Shown piece by piece: positions 1 to 12,195 of a stretch of DNA of 64,000 nt. A model generated the notes under the pieces. That model had not been told where the DNA came from. It was given only the letters and a program-made list of their open reading frames with translations, and did no database searches. Within the stretch, counting starts at the first letter, position 1. Every line of letters begins with the position of its first letter. The translations under genes and the position numbers were made by a program. Source of the DNA: the human T2T-CHM13v2.0 reference genome, Homo sapiens; NCBI RefSeq assembly GCF_009914755.1, contig NC_060925.1; one strand, written 5' to 3'.

Positions 1-340
1 GTGTTATTCAGTTTTTCCACTGAAGTTTTTTCCATAATGATATTTTACAATTTCAGCAAGTATTTCCTTTCCTCCAATTGTGCTATCTTCATAGCAACCT
101 GCTCCTCTGATATTATAGGTTATTTCACTTACAGAGGTGAATGAAAGAACCTCTTACTTACTGTTAAGGATACTACTGATAATTTAGTTTTGGGCTTTCT
201 TATATTCAAACTGTTTCCTTTGAAATAAGCTCTTCCTTTTTTTTTTCTTTTTTCCATTTTAGGCCTTCTCTTTCATTCTATTGGTTTGCTTCCAATGTTT
301 GGTGATTTTGGTTATCCAATATATTTATGAATGAGGGATT
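1..340 (-). mobile_element. Old L1 (L1M-type) fragment
   Basis: T-rich degenerate sequence typical of antisense old L1; family not resolvable by eye. Confidence 0.35.
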
Positions 341-359
341 ATGTTGTAAAGTTAGGATA

Positions 360-760
360 TGTATTAGGATACAGGTTCTAGCTCCTATAACAAGGACCTA
401 ACTGCAGGAGTGGCTTAGACGAGACAGTTTATTTCTGTCTTATGTGCAATCTGAGTTTAAGTGGCCATGGCTGATATGGTGGCTTCACCGTGTGGACATC
501 TTTGATCTTGGTCTTCTGATATCCACAGCACATGACTTCCATCTCCCACCATCACATCCACACCCTACTCAGTGGGAACGATAAAGGGGAGGGCAGAGCT
601 GGGAGTTGCACTTGTCATTTCAGCTCACACGAGCCCATGGCCACTCCTAGCTGCTAGGAGGGTGAGGCAGTGTAGTGTTTAGCTGAGTGGCTGTGTGCCC
701 TGCTAAAATTTCCATCACTACAGAAGAAGAGAAAAAAGATATAAGTGGAATACTAACTAC
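360..760 (-). mobile_element. MaLR LTR (MLT1J/K-like)
   Basis: Begins TGTATTAGGATAC..CTATAACA (reverse of an MLT1 3' end); contains CATGGCCACTCCTAGCTGC..TGTAGT typical of old MLT1. Confidence 0.55.
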
Positions 761-1432
761 ATAGGGCTTCCCGTGAGGTGTCTCGTCTATTTCTCTGACC
801 AGTTCAGTCTTGAATGTGAGGGTGGCAGTCATGGAAAGGTTCCCTGCAGGAGGGTGAAGCAGTGTGGCAAGTCTCCTAGTAATAACCGTGGACAGGAAGT
901 GGCCAGGGAACTCCCACAATTGCCAAAAGAAGGACTTTTCTCCATGGTGGGCATAATGCTATACTTCACCCTGAGACGGAGCTGCCAATCCTTCTTCTGG
1001 CTCCCTGCCCCACATCCAGTCTGCTAGAGAGGTCTGGAATGCCCTTGCTCAGCTGCTGTCTCAGACTTTCCTTAGAGAGCATTTGTTGGGGAATTTGGCG
1101 GCCACTGGCTGCCTGCCTCTTTGTGAAGAAGGCGGGGAGGGGTCCAACTGTACTTGCTCTTCTGAAGGGCTCTCAGGGGAGAACACTGCTAACCCATTCC
1201 TTTTCTGTGCTTTGTTGGCTCTCAGCTTGAACTATGCTTGGCTCTTCTGAGACAAAAATCACTGAGACTTCTGGAATCCTGGGCTGCAATGTTTTCTGCT
1301 CTGATTGCTCTGTCTGTGCAATCTCATGGGCTTTCTATCTTCCTAAGATTTAGGAATGTTTCCGTCCCACGGATGACTTCCTATCTTGTTTTCTAATGCT
1401 GTTATGATGTCATCCTTTCAAAAATGGCTTTC

Positions 1433-1717
1433 AGCTGGGCACGGTGGCTCACACCTGTAATCCCAGCACTTTGGGAGGCCAAGGCGGGTGGATCACTTGA
1501 GGTCAGGAGTTTGGGACCAGCCTGACCACATGGTGAAACCCTGTCTCTACTAAAAATACCAAAAAAAAAAAAAAAAAATAGCCAGGTGTGGTGGTGCATG
1601 CCTGTAATCCCAGTTACTTGGAAGGTTGAGGCAGGAGAATCCCTTGAACCTAGGAGGTGGAGGTTGCAGTGAGCCTGGGCAACAAGAGTGAAACTCCGTC
1701 TCAATAAAAAAAAAAAA
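1433..1717 (+). mobile_element. AluS (Sq/Sp-like) with ~25-bp right-arm deletion
   Basis: Dimeric Alu, GGGCAACAAGAG diagnostic, poly(A), degenerate TSD AAAAATGGCTTTCA / AAAAACGGTTTTCA. Confidence 0.95.
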
Positions 1718-2239
1718 CGGTTTTCACTGTCATCATACCAATTCCTAGGGAAGAGGTGGAGGTGGGCACTTGTGCTCCAGGACTTAGGAAATCAATGCAT
1801 TCATGACTCATTGGCTGAGGCCAATGTCCCTTCCAGGATGTGGACACCGGAAAGGAAGATGAACCCTTCCCATGCAGGGCATCATCTCAGAACTCCATGG
1901 TGTCTGCCCTTAGGGGGAACACTTCTGATGTTCCTGAACCTGGGCCCCCACCGATGCACAATGCCCACCTAGTTCCACTGAGGGTAGGAACAGCCAGCCC
2001 TGTTTGCCTGGGCAGCCTAGTAGTTCATGGACACCAGTCAATGACCCGACTGCCTAAGGGCGTGCAAGCCTCCGTGTAGGCACCTGGCAGGCTGTGTTTG
2101 CCTTTGGAGGTGGATAATCAGCAAAGTCCCTGTACACTGTCAGCTACCACAGCTGAGATTCAGCGAGCTATCTACACTAAGTGTACCAGGAGAAAGGGTT
2201 CCACCCCATCCTCTAAGGTTGCTCAAAGGCTGTCTCCAA

Positions 2240-3090
2240 TCCATAATGACACCCCTTTTTAAGACCCTTCAGCCTCCCCACTAGTTTAGGCCCCACGGCA
2301 TGGCTCTGGAGGCCTCACCTCTCTCATTCCCTCCATCTGTGTGTTCCAGCCACATGGAGCTGGAGAATTCTCAGAACACACGCCGTTCCCAATGGCTGAA
2401 ATGCCCTTTCCCTCCTAGACATGTGGCAAACTCCTCAATGTCCTTTAAACCCACCAGTGATGGTTAATTTTGTGTCAAGTTGGCTATGCCATAGGCCAAG
2501 ACGCTTGGTCAAACATTATTCTAGATGTTTCTGTGAAGGCATTTTTTAGACAAGATTAACATTTGAATTGGTAAACTCTGAGTAAAGCAGACCGCTTTCC
2601 ACAATATGAGTGAGCCTCATCCACTCGGTTGAACGCCTTAACAGAAAAAGAGTGCCCTCCCCAGAGGACAGGGGAATGATGTCTGCAGACTACCTTTAGC
2701 CTTGGCTCCTCCTTCCTGGATCTCCAGCCTGCTGGCCCATCCTGCAGATTTTGGACTTGAAAAGCCTCCACAACTGCATGAGCCAATTCCTTAAAATCTC
2801 TCTCTCTGTATACACACACACACCACACACATACACAATTGGTTCTGTTTCTCTGGAGAACCCTAATACACAACTTCAGACATCAAATCCTTCAGCGAGC
2901 TTTCTATGGCCCCCTTACACTCAGCCAGTCACCTCTGTACCTTAGACACTTTGCTGCTATCACATGTCTTACACCTTGTGGTAATGTATTTGTTTACAAG
3001 CTTTTCTCCTCCTACAGGACAGGGTTCTTTTAGGCCAAGGAGCCAGTCTCATTCACCATTACATCCCTAGGTGGGTGAATTTGTGAGAAC
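2240..3090 (+). mobile_element. L2 3' fragment interrupted by an MLT2 LTR
   Basis: L2-like pyrimidine-rich motifs (CCAGCCACA.., ATGCCCTTTCC..CAAACTCC, CAACTTCAGACATC) on both sides of the LTR. Confidence 0.5.
2456..2870 (+). mobile_element. MLT2 (ERVL) solo LTR
   Basis: Start GTGATGGTTAATTTT; internal AGTAAAGCAGA; end TTGGTTCTGTTTCTCTGGAGAACCCTAATACA. Confidence 0.85.
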
Positions 3091-4059
3091 AAGAGAGTAC
3101 TGAGGCTGATGGCCTAGGGGAATCCTACTGGATGGTGGGAGGGGCATTCCCATTGAGCCTCTTGAAAGGCATCTGGTAAGACAGGCCAGAGAGGGACGGT
3201 TCCTGCAAAGCAGGCTAACAGCACTGCTCCTGAATATCAGTCACTGGTGGGGCAGTGGCCCACAGCCTTCTTCAGCTCTGGTGAGGAGAGGACCCCACAG
3301 GCCATGGTACCACCTGTCCAGCTTCTCCAGCTCCACCCAGGGAGCCCGGTTTAATTCAATAAATACTTACTGAATTCCGAGCGCAATTTCTTGTGAGGCA
3401 TTCGCACTCTAGGTCCTGATCTGACCTCCAGATCTTCCTTTTTTGACAACATCTGAGCTCTCAAAAGCACTCAGGGAATGTACTGTTTGTGTGCCTGAGG
3501 GGAGCAGTCATCATCCTCAGCCTTCTTAAACTTGCCCTGAGACCCCCCAAGCTCCCACTCTGTGCTCCCTGAACAAGATGATGTTGTCAAGTATGATTTC
3601 ATGGGGCTGCATTTCCAAAAAATAAGCTCTTGCAGTTCATACAGGCTTTCTTCCATTCAACCAGGTGAACTCTGAAAATCCCACACTGTGAGAAAGAAGG
3701 CCGTAGGCTCAGGGTGTGGGGGCAGAAGGGTGACCCTTTGAGAAAATTACTAGTGTATGTTACACTCCTGTTCTAAACAAAGGTCACGGGTTGTCCAGGG
3801 AATTATGAGCAAATGAATGAGTGAATGGATGAATAAACAAACGCTAAGTTGAATGGATGATAACGTAACCCAGGCTCAAGTCAAGAACATTTAATTGAGG
3901 AAACAGGAGAAGAGCCAGAAGATAAGCTATACACGGGCAAAGGGACTTCCTTAAACCAAAGGTGGTTTAAGGAAGGCAAATTCCATCTCGTAACAAAGAC
4001 ACAAACTGTGGAGCAACTGGGATAATCAATCATAAGAAATGCTGATGGGGACAGAGCGC

Positions 4060-4230
4060 CATGTGCCAGGCTCTCTGCCGAGAACCTGACATGTCCTCAG
4101 TCCTCAGAACGAGCCTATCAGGCCGGCAATGTTTTTACATCCATCTCACAGATGAGGACACAAAGGCACCGAAGGTTCCATCATGCGCCCAGGGGCACAC
4201 ATTCAACAAAGAGTGAGACTGCAAGCCAAG
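4060..4230 (-). mobile_element. MIR
   Basis: CATCTCACAGATGAGGACAC..AGGCAC, reverse of the MIR core. Confidence 0.6.
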
Positions 4231-5129
4231 GCAGGCAGGGGGTCTGCAGTGTGTGTCTCAACCACTTCCCCATTTCACCTCCACATGTGGCTCTAGCAGC
4301 CTTTAATCAAGGAAGCAAGGGAAAACTCGAATGTTGTTCAGGCCTGGGGATCTAGAGACCCACCTGGCTTTCTCCCACTGTCCTGGGCAACCAGGCAAGT
4401 CCTCTGTGAGATTGTGCTGCCTGATTCCATATCGGAAAAATATGGTATTCACTAGAGTTGGGTTTCGGGGACCTTTCCCGCCCTGACATTCTGGATGCTT
4501 CTCCCTAGCCTGGGAACTCCGGTTGCCTGAGGTCGGCTCACCCCAGAGCACCTGATTCTGGCCCCAGATGAACCTCCTGACTAGGTCTGTGAAGATATAA
4601 ACTCGCCCTTCTTGATGGCCCAGGCTTTTTCTACAGGACCCAACCTCACCTCACCTTCCTGCCTGGCAGTCTGGCTATTCCACCCTGTGATCCCACCTCC
4701 ACTCCTCCCGCCTCCCCACCTTCCTCCTCCCACTCCCACCCACCTGTGCCCCAGCTCCTCTCACCCTTTCTGCCTCCTGCCAGGGTTCAAGCCCCTCCCT
4801 TGGCCTGCTGCCCGGTCCCCCATCTTCCCTTCTTTGTTCAGCCAAATCCTTCTTGTCACCACTGCCAGTTTCTCCCTGGGACCTCTTTCCATCTCAGACA
4901 GAACCCATTCTGCCTTCCCCTGGCCGGTGGTTACACCCCTGTTTCAGATGGATCATAATCCCAACAATGCCGCCTTACGTTAGTGCAGTGACTACAGCTC
5001 ACCAAAGGCCCCTGTAGCCACTGTCTCATTTAATTTCACCCAAGTTCCTCCTTGCAGACCTCCTGTTCATGGCTCCAACTGCCCCCTAAGACTGCAAACA
5101 CAATGTCTAACATACTTCATAACTAAGAA

Positions 5130-5260
5130 TTTCCTCAAAACAGCCCTCTGGGAAGGGGCTTATCACTTCGTTTTGCAGATGAGGAAACAGAGGTTCAGAG
5201 AGGTGGAAAGTGGCTGGGCTGGATCCACAGCTCAGGACTCTGATTCTCCGTCCCATGGTT
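5130..5260 (-). mobile_element. MIR
   Basis: TTTTGCAGATGAGGAAACAGAGGTTCAGAGAGG core. Confidence 0.7.
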
Positions 5261-5999
5261 CTCAAGGATTCATGGTGTTCCCTGAGTCCTGCCTAGGATC
5301 AGACTCATTTCTGTATTCCTGAGCTATCCTTTGCTTGGACAAATACGGTATCCTGAACTCAGGGGACCAGGAGGGTTTGCTGGCTTAAAAAATGAATTCA
5401 TCAGGGCCTAGAATCATCACCGTCCTAAGTGCCTCCTTCAGGGTACCACAGTGCCAGCCCCTGTCCCCTCCCTTCATCTTTGCATGGAAGAGATGGGCAG
5501 AGCTGGGCCCTTTAGGGTCTGAGGTACAACTGAAGCCTCAGAAGAACCGATAAACCATGTTTCTTGTTTGCCACACAGAAATGGGGCAGTCTCTGCCTCT
5601 CATTGTCCCAACCTGGCCCTGGCAGGGTGAATGCAGCACCTCCTTCCAGGAAGCGCCCAAGGAAGCTCCAAGGGACCTGGACAGGGCAGAGGATTCCCTG
5701 GGCAGGGAGCAGTGGAGGACAGCCAGGAGCACTGGGCGCGGAGTCAGCCGCTAGGGGCTCACTGCCTGCAGGGACACTCCCTCCATTCCCAAGAGCTCCA
5801 AACCCTTCTGACAAGCTGCGTCCTCTCCAAATGGGTTTCCCAATAGGCTTTGGCCTGAGTGAATGATTTCTTTCCAGAACAGGAACACACCCCTGCCTTC
5901 CAGCCCAGGCCACTCACAGCTCCCCTCTCCAGAGGCAATGACAGTTGTCAATTCTTGACTGCTTACTTTGGAACGCGTGGGGCGGGTCTCGTGACATTT

Positions 6000-6165
6000 T
6001 ATATTGTATTCCCTCACGGTACTAATCTTTTCACATGCCCATCTCCCCAGCTACACATTTTGGAGAGCAGGGGCTGTATTTTAAACACCTTCATGTTCTC
6101 TGTGCCTGCCACATAGTAGGCACTCATGGGTATTTGTGAGTGAATAAATAAATAAATGAATGAAC
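6000..6165 (+). mobile_element. L2 3' end
   Basis: GCAGGGGCTGTATTT..GTGCCTGCCACATAGTAGGCACTCA..GAATGAA tail. Confidence 0.7.
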
Positions 6166-6334
6166 AAAGTTAAAATTGTGGAAAGCTTCAGTTAATAGTT
6201 TGAGGAAGTCACTTTAATTCCTTCTGAAAAAAGGGGTGTATTAATTTGCTAATGAGTAGAATTGTGTAAACTTTGAGTATCTTTCTCATAAACATAACTC
6301 TTTAAATGCTGTCTAGTCATTTGATTATTCAAAT

Positions 6335-6602
6335 ATTGAGATACAATTCACATACCATAAAATTCACAGGGTTGTGCAACCATCCCAATGATGTAATTCC
6401 AGAACACATGTATCACTCTGAAAAGAAATCCTGTACCCATTAGCAATCACTCCACATTCCCTTCCCTCCAGCCCCTGGCAGCCACTAATTCATCTAGTTT
6501 CCATCTCTATAAATTTGCCTTATCTGGACATTTCATAAAAATGGAATCACCCGCCATATGTCCTTTTGTGTCTGGCTTCTTTCACTTAGCATAACGTTTT
6601 TC
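6335..6602 (-). mobile_element. L1MB-type 3' UTR fragment
   Basis: TTGAGATACAATTCACATACCATAAAATTCAC..GGACATTTCATAAAAATGGAATCA..CTTTCACTTAGCATAA. Confidence 0.85.
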
Positions 6603-7234
6603 ATCATTTGCACTAAAAATATCAGTGTTTCCTGGTGTTTCTCACAGCACCCTGACGCCCAGGCCACAATGCCTGTGAGATCACGCAGGTTGGAGCTGGC
6701 CGCTCTGAGCCATCAGGGCAGTGTGGCGTCCGGCAGCAGATGTCTGTGACTGGGCAGTGCAGGGACTCAGATGGGAGAGGTAGCCACAACATTGGCAGTC
6801 TGAGGTCAGCAGCAGAATCAGAATGGTCAGAAACAGATGGCACATGGGACGGCACTCAATATTCCTCCCCAAGGAACAGCTGCCTGAAAATATAATTATC
6901 TGGTGGTGAGAGAGGCGTGTCAAGGGCCACCAGCCCTGAGTCTAAAGGCTCTGAGTCTGCAGGGAGAGTACCATTTCTGAGATGATCTCAAAGCTCAACA
7001 GAGGGTGCAAGTCCCAAGGGCTTAGATGGTTCCATTCTAGGGGTGGAAAACAGGCAGTGGCCATCCCAACTGCTTTGCCACCCTTTCTGCCTAAGGCAAG
7101 CCTCCTTTCTGCAGGGCTTCAGTTCCTCGTAGGAAGTCCCAACAGGCTGAGCAGAGCCAAGCATGCTTTGGTCATGTACAGTTTGTGCACAGATAGATTA
7201 ACTCATTAGTTAATCCCCTTTTTGTCTTTTTGCA

Positions 7235-7570
7235 ATTTTAACTTGATTTATTCCACAGTAGATTTGAGGTAATTTACAAAAACTAAATAGGAACACAAAT
7301 TTAAAATGAAAAATCAACCCAGGGGAAATGAAAGACCAGAAGGGATGGAAGAAGATGGGTAAGTCACTTAGAAGGCCCCACATGGTAGCTCTCTTGGGGC
7401 CATGGATTTAGTATACAGCAGTCAGAGGAAGAAGGGCAACACAGTTAGCTGCACAGTCTCCGTGTTCTGATGATACGCTGGCCAGTTCCTCAGAAAAAAC
7501 AAAGCTCTTCTTGGCACTAAGATCTGAAGGAAATTTCTTCCATGCTGTTTTAAGTAGGGAGCCCTCCATG
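7235..7570 (-). mobile_element. Mam_R4-like (Dong-R4 LINE) ancient fragment
   Basis: GATTTGAGGTAATTTACAA and GGCACTAAGATCTGAAGGAAATTTCTTCCATG resemble Mam_R4 as I remember it; needs Dfam confirmation. Confidence 0.45.
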
Positions 7571-8456
7571 AAGTCATCCTCCCAATACTTCCGGGGCTCT
7601 GACATCCAGCTCTGAGCTAGGCAATTGGCTCTCCCAGCATCTCAGAAGGCCAGGTGGGCCCCACCCTTTAAGTCATTAGCTCCTGTTTGGGAAACGTTGT
7701 GCCATTTGGTGACCACCGTTACAAGTTTTCTCAGAAATAATGCCATCGTATTGTATTGCTATTTATGTAATAGTTTAATTTACTTTGACTTGAATTGGAC
7801 TTGTTTAAAGGTTACTTCTTCCTAAGCAATAGGGACCACAGGAGAAACTGCCAACTAGTATTTTTTACTGAATTAAATAAATAATTTTACCAGTCAATTA
7901 AAGAACTTCCAGCATGTTCTCCCAAAATCAGCTCATCTTCTACTCATGGTTTATGTCCTGAACTTGGGAAATCGGCCCGTCCCTCACCTTGGGATGCACT
8001 GGGGCTGCCCCCCATCTCCTCCACCTGGAGAACCCTCAGCCTGGCTTCCCCATCACACCACGCAAGCTTAGAGCTAGAGGGCGCTTAAGTGGGGTCTAAA
8101 GTCCACGTTTGACAGGTGAAGATGCTGGGCCCAAGGAAGAGAAGGGATTCGCGCAAGACCACAAGGCCAGTGACAGGACAGGCACCAAGACTGCCCAGAA
8201 ACAGTGGCAGGGCCGGTGGACATTTAGATGTAACCAAAGGCTGAAACTCACCAAAAGAGTCTAACAGGAAAAGACTGTGGGCAGAGAGGCACAGGGCCTC
8301 ACCCAACTCAGGGCAAGCCCGGTGGGGGCAGGGTAAACCCAGAAAACAATCATGGGATGGTAATCCCGAGTTCAGGATGACGGTCACTCCTGGGAGCACA
8401 GGAGAAAGGGACCCACATTGTGGAAGCGATGCAGGGCTTCCACTGTATTTGACAAG

Positions 8457-8458
<2 letters not shown>

Positions 8459-8488
<30 letters not shown>
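8459..8488 (+). repeat. T30 homopolymer
   Basis: Directly visible; no adjacent Alu body. Confidence 0.95.
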
Positions 8489-8490
<2 letters not shown>

Positions 8491-9264
8491 CAGGGTGGTG
8501 AGTTCACTAGTGTTATATTATCATGCATAATATTGCTGCTTGGATGAAATATTTTGAAAATATTTTATATTTGTTAAATATATTAATAACTCCAAGACTC
8601 CTTTAACAAGTGTGTTTTCTCTCTGCTAAGATGACACTCTCTACCGCATCTCAAGTGGTTTAACCAAAGGGGAGAAGAAATGACTGATTTCCACAAGAGA
8701 CATGCCCCAGGTGGGGAGCTTCTGTCACCTCTCCCTCCACTCCCAAAGCCTGTGACATGTGGTGGGTGGATCTGAGCATCATTGTACCTGACCAAGGTGG
8801 AGTCCATTTCAGACAGGTCATGGTGTCATGGTTGGCATGGCTCATACAAACCCATGGGTCTAGGAGGAAACTTAGAGCACCCCAAGTGGAACCATGTGGG
8901 CTCCACTGATGAATGCCACAGCAGGGCAATGGGCAGTGCTGTAGAATTAAGCCCCCAGCCAACATCTTTGTTCCCCACCTGCACAAAGGACGTGTCTTGG
9001 CATGTATATTTTTGCAAACAGCAGACTATCCCGTTCAGTTAAAGGCAGGGTAGGATGTACTTTGAGATTTCTAAGAGGGACGCACAGAGTCTCAGAGTCT
9101 CCGGGTTGAAGGGACTGCCAAGGACACTGACCCAAGCTCCCATTTGAGACTCCAGCCTTCCTTAGAGGCTGCTCTCAGGAGGCCACTCACTGCCTGAGGC
9201 AATAGCAATTACTTTTTTTTTTTTTTTTCAAACAGGGTATAGGAAGTGGGGAAGATGGGGAGCC

Positions 9265-9397
9265 TTTTTTTTTTTTTTTTTGAGATGGAGTCTCACTATG
9301 TTGCCCAGGCTGGTCTCAAATTCCTGGCCTCAAATGATCCTCCCGCCTCAGCATCTTGAGTATCTCAGATTACAGGCTTGTGCTACTGCACCTGCTC
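9265..9397 (-). mobile_element. Alu monomer (FLAM-like)
   Basis: Poly(T) then GAGATGGAGTCTCACTATGTTGCCCAGGCTGGTCTCAAATTCC..; single arm only. Confidence 0.85.
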
Positions 9398-9489
9398 AAT
9401 TTTTGTTTTTCTAAAAATGGTATCACCCTATGTACATTCCTCAGCACTCGGCCTTCCTCATGGACAGTCTTTCTAGGCTACAGGCCAAT

Positions 9490-9725
9490 AGGTTGTGAGC
9501 AGTTATCCTGTACCAGGCACAGTTATAAGCACCTCACATAATTAACTCAGTTACTGCTCCTAACAAGCTTAAAGGACAGGCACTATTGCAATCCCTACTT
9601 TACCAAAGAGGAGTGTGAATGGCCAGAGGGTCAAGCAACACAGTTTGTAAGTGGTGGGATCCGGATTTGAACCCTGGCTGTCTGTCTTCAGACCCTGTGC
9701 TCCTAACCACTCTACCGTACTGCCT
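9490..9725 (-). mobile_element. MIR, near full length
   Basis: GGATTTGAACCCTGGCTGTCTG..GTGCTCCTAACCACT, reverse of the tRNA-derived head. Confidence 0.8.
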
Positions 9726-11469
9726 TTCCAAACAGAGACAGGATCTGTCTCAATCTTGTTACAGCTGAATGATGGACCATGGTTTGGATGGAATACCTTT
9801 AAATTTACTGTTAAGTTTGTATATTTTTTGTAAGTTTTCCTACTAGAATTTTGCCATAAACATCCTTTATACACATATCTTTACAGACATGCATTCATTG
9901 TTCCATAGGCCGGATTTCCAGAAGTGGAAACATGGATCAATGTGTGTGTTTTTGGTTAAAATACCTATGGGGCCTATTGTTTGGGCCATCGTCCTAATAA
10001 TGAGCCATGTCATTTTCACTCACTGGTTTTGATTCTGTCCCAAGGACCACACAGAACATCTCTGACCCTTTTTCTCCAGACAACCCCTGGGGTGGTTGAG
10101 GACAGCAAGTCTGTCTCTCAAGTATTCTGTTACCCAGTTTCTTCAAAAGTTCCTCTGACAAGGGCTGCATGCTCCTGAGGGCTGGTCCAGATACCTCTTA
10201 AAGTGCGGCACCGCCTGGGGTGATCTGGCTTATGCCCCTTGCTCCCCATTCAAAGACACACAGAGAGGGACATTGACAGTGCACAGGAGATATCAACAGT
10301 GTTTCCTGACATCCATGATGCACGGGAGAGAACCAAGTAGATAGGATTCAGACTTCTCATCTTCACCTCTCCCAAATCACACACATGCCTTCCTGAGAAA
10401 GAGACCCTTTGTGAGATATTAAAGACCAGCCAAATTCTACTCCCACATCATAAGAAACTGGAGTTCACTCTTTAATTAGAGAAGATGCCAATGGCTTTGG
10501 AACTGGACAGGCTTCTAAGCATCTTTTTAGTTCAGTGTCTTCTTTTACAAAAGAGCCCTGGAGGGCAATGACCGCACCAGGCTCACATGTCATTGGGTGT
10601 GTGGCAGCATTTCCCTAAGCTGAGACCAGGGTCACTGGTGGGTGCATTTCCCCAGCTCTCTCTGCCTGCTGGTTCCTAGGAACCATCTTACTAGAAAGGC
10701 GTAGTGTAAATATTTTGCTAAGCAGCCAAGAGAGGAAACTTACCCAGGCTGAGCTGCCCTGTGCTGGGTGCTGGCCATGGACACAATGCTCAATGAGGGC
10801 CATTATCTGGGAAGGGAGGGCTGTTTGTTCCGCTGCGGGACGGTGCCAGAGCCCGGAGCCACCAGGCTTGCCACTCTGGCTGCCACACAGAAGAGTCTCC
10901 TTGCGCTCAGCAGACTCTGCGGTTATGCAATGCCGGGCCAGGAGGTTAACTCTCCCCAGGCCAGGAGCCAAGCCTTGTTCCTTCCTGCCTAAGCATGTCC
11001 ATCTGAAAATGCTGAAAATTGAGGGCCTCAGTGTTTGCAAAATGTGCTCGGGCCCTGAACCTGCTGGTTTATTCCAAAGGGCGTAGTGTTGAGGAGCTGG
11101 TGTGCCCATCCTTGTGGCTCCTGGCAGCCTCCTACCGAGGCCCAGTGCTCTGACAGCAGCGTCTGCCTGCCATCCTCGGGCACCACTCATAGGCCTTGCA
11201 ACCCTTTGCCTGGGTGCCCCTGTCCCGTTCTTTCCCTTTCGGTGGTGTCTGGTCTAAGTCCTTTCTTAAGCCCGAGTTCTACTCACTTGTTCAAAGCCTT
11301 CCCTGACCACCCCAGGCCCCAGTGACCTGAGCTCAAGGATGAGTTTCCCAAGACAAAAGGGACCTTGGAAGTTATCTATCCACCTGGCCCATTTTCCAGA
11401 TGAGGAAACTGAGGCTTGAAGAAGTTGACTAGTCTGAGAGAAGACTGAACAGATGTGTCAGCCTGGCTC

Positions 11470-12195
11470 CCCTCTCAGAACTCTTTCTCTTATACCTCAC
11501 GTCCCATCTGTCAGCAAATCATGTTGGCTTGACCTCAAAATGGAGCTGGAATCAGACCCCTTCCCATGGCCCCCGCAGTTGCCACCCTGGTGTGTGACTC
11601 TATCACCTCCTGATCTGTCACGTCACTGCCTCCTAGCTGGCCTCGGGCTGCTGCCCCCGCCCCCTCCAGGGCAGCCTCCACAGCCTCCTTCGGCAGGACA
11701 GCCCACTCCTCTGCTCAGGCCTCCCAGGGCTTCTGGATGTTGTGCCTGCCTCTCCCTTCCAGCCTCCTCTGCTCCTGTGCCCCCACCCCCACTCCTCCAG
11801 CCACACCAGCTTCCTTGCTGTTCCCAGCAGGCTGATCTTGCCTCCGCCTGGAATACTCTTTTCTGATACCCCCAGCACTTGCTCCTCGCCTCCCTCAGGT
11901 CTTTACTCTCCACCCGTCCTGACTGCCTGATTTCAAAACCTTGACAACCTGCCAGCCCCGTGCCCCCTATTCCTTTCCTGACTGCCACCTTGTCACATAC
12001 TATGTATGTTACTTAAGAAGATAATATATTTACATTTATTTTACATACACTTATGTTTTTAAGATCTCACAAAATATACAGTCTATAGAGAGTGTGCATG
12101 TGTGTGTAGTGACAATATGTTTGTCTATTTCCCTACCAGAATGTAACTCCAAGAGGCAGGTGTTTTGTGCTTTGTCACCCAGAATGGTGCTTGGC
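11470..12195 (+). mobile_element. L2 3' region
   Basis: TCAGCAAATCATGTTGGC..CCAGCCACACC..CCTGGAATACTCTT..AGAATGTAACTCC. Confidence 0.7.

Noticed and set aside
1402-1704. Alu-derived ORFs (also at 17589, 25172, 29284, 36566, 43549, 47781)
   Set aside because: Standard Alu translation artefacts
7660-7975. Possible hAT-Charlie MITE relic
   Set aside because: Only a weak terminal resemblance (CTTGGGAAA); family and boundaries not supportable
10615-11190. 191-aa minus-strand ORF
   Set aside because: No recognisable homology; it runs through a consensus donor, so it is treated only as a possible exon region
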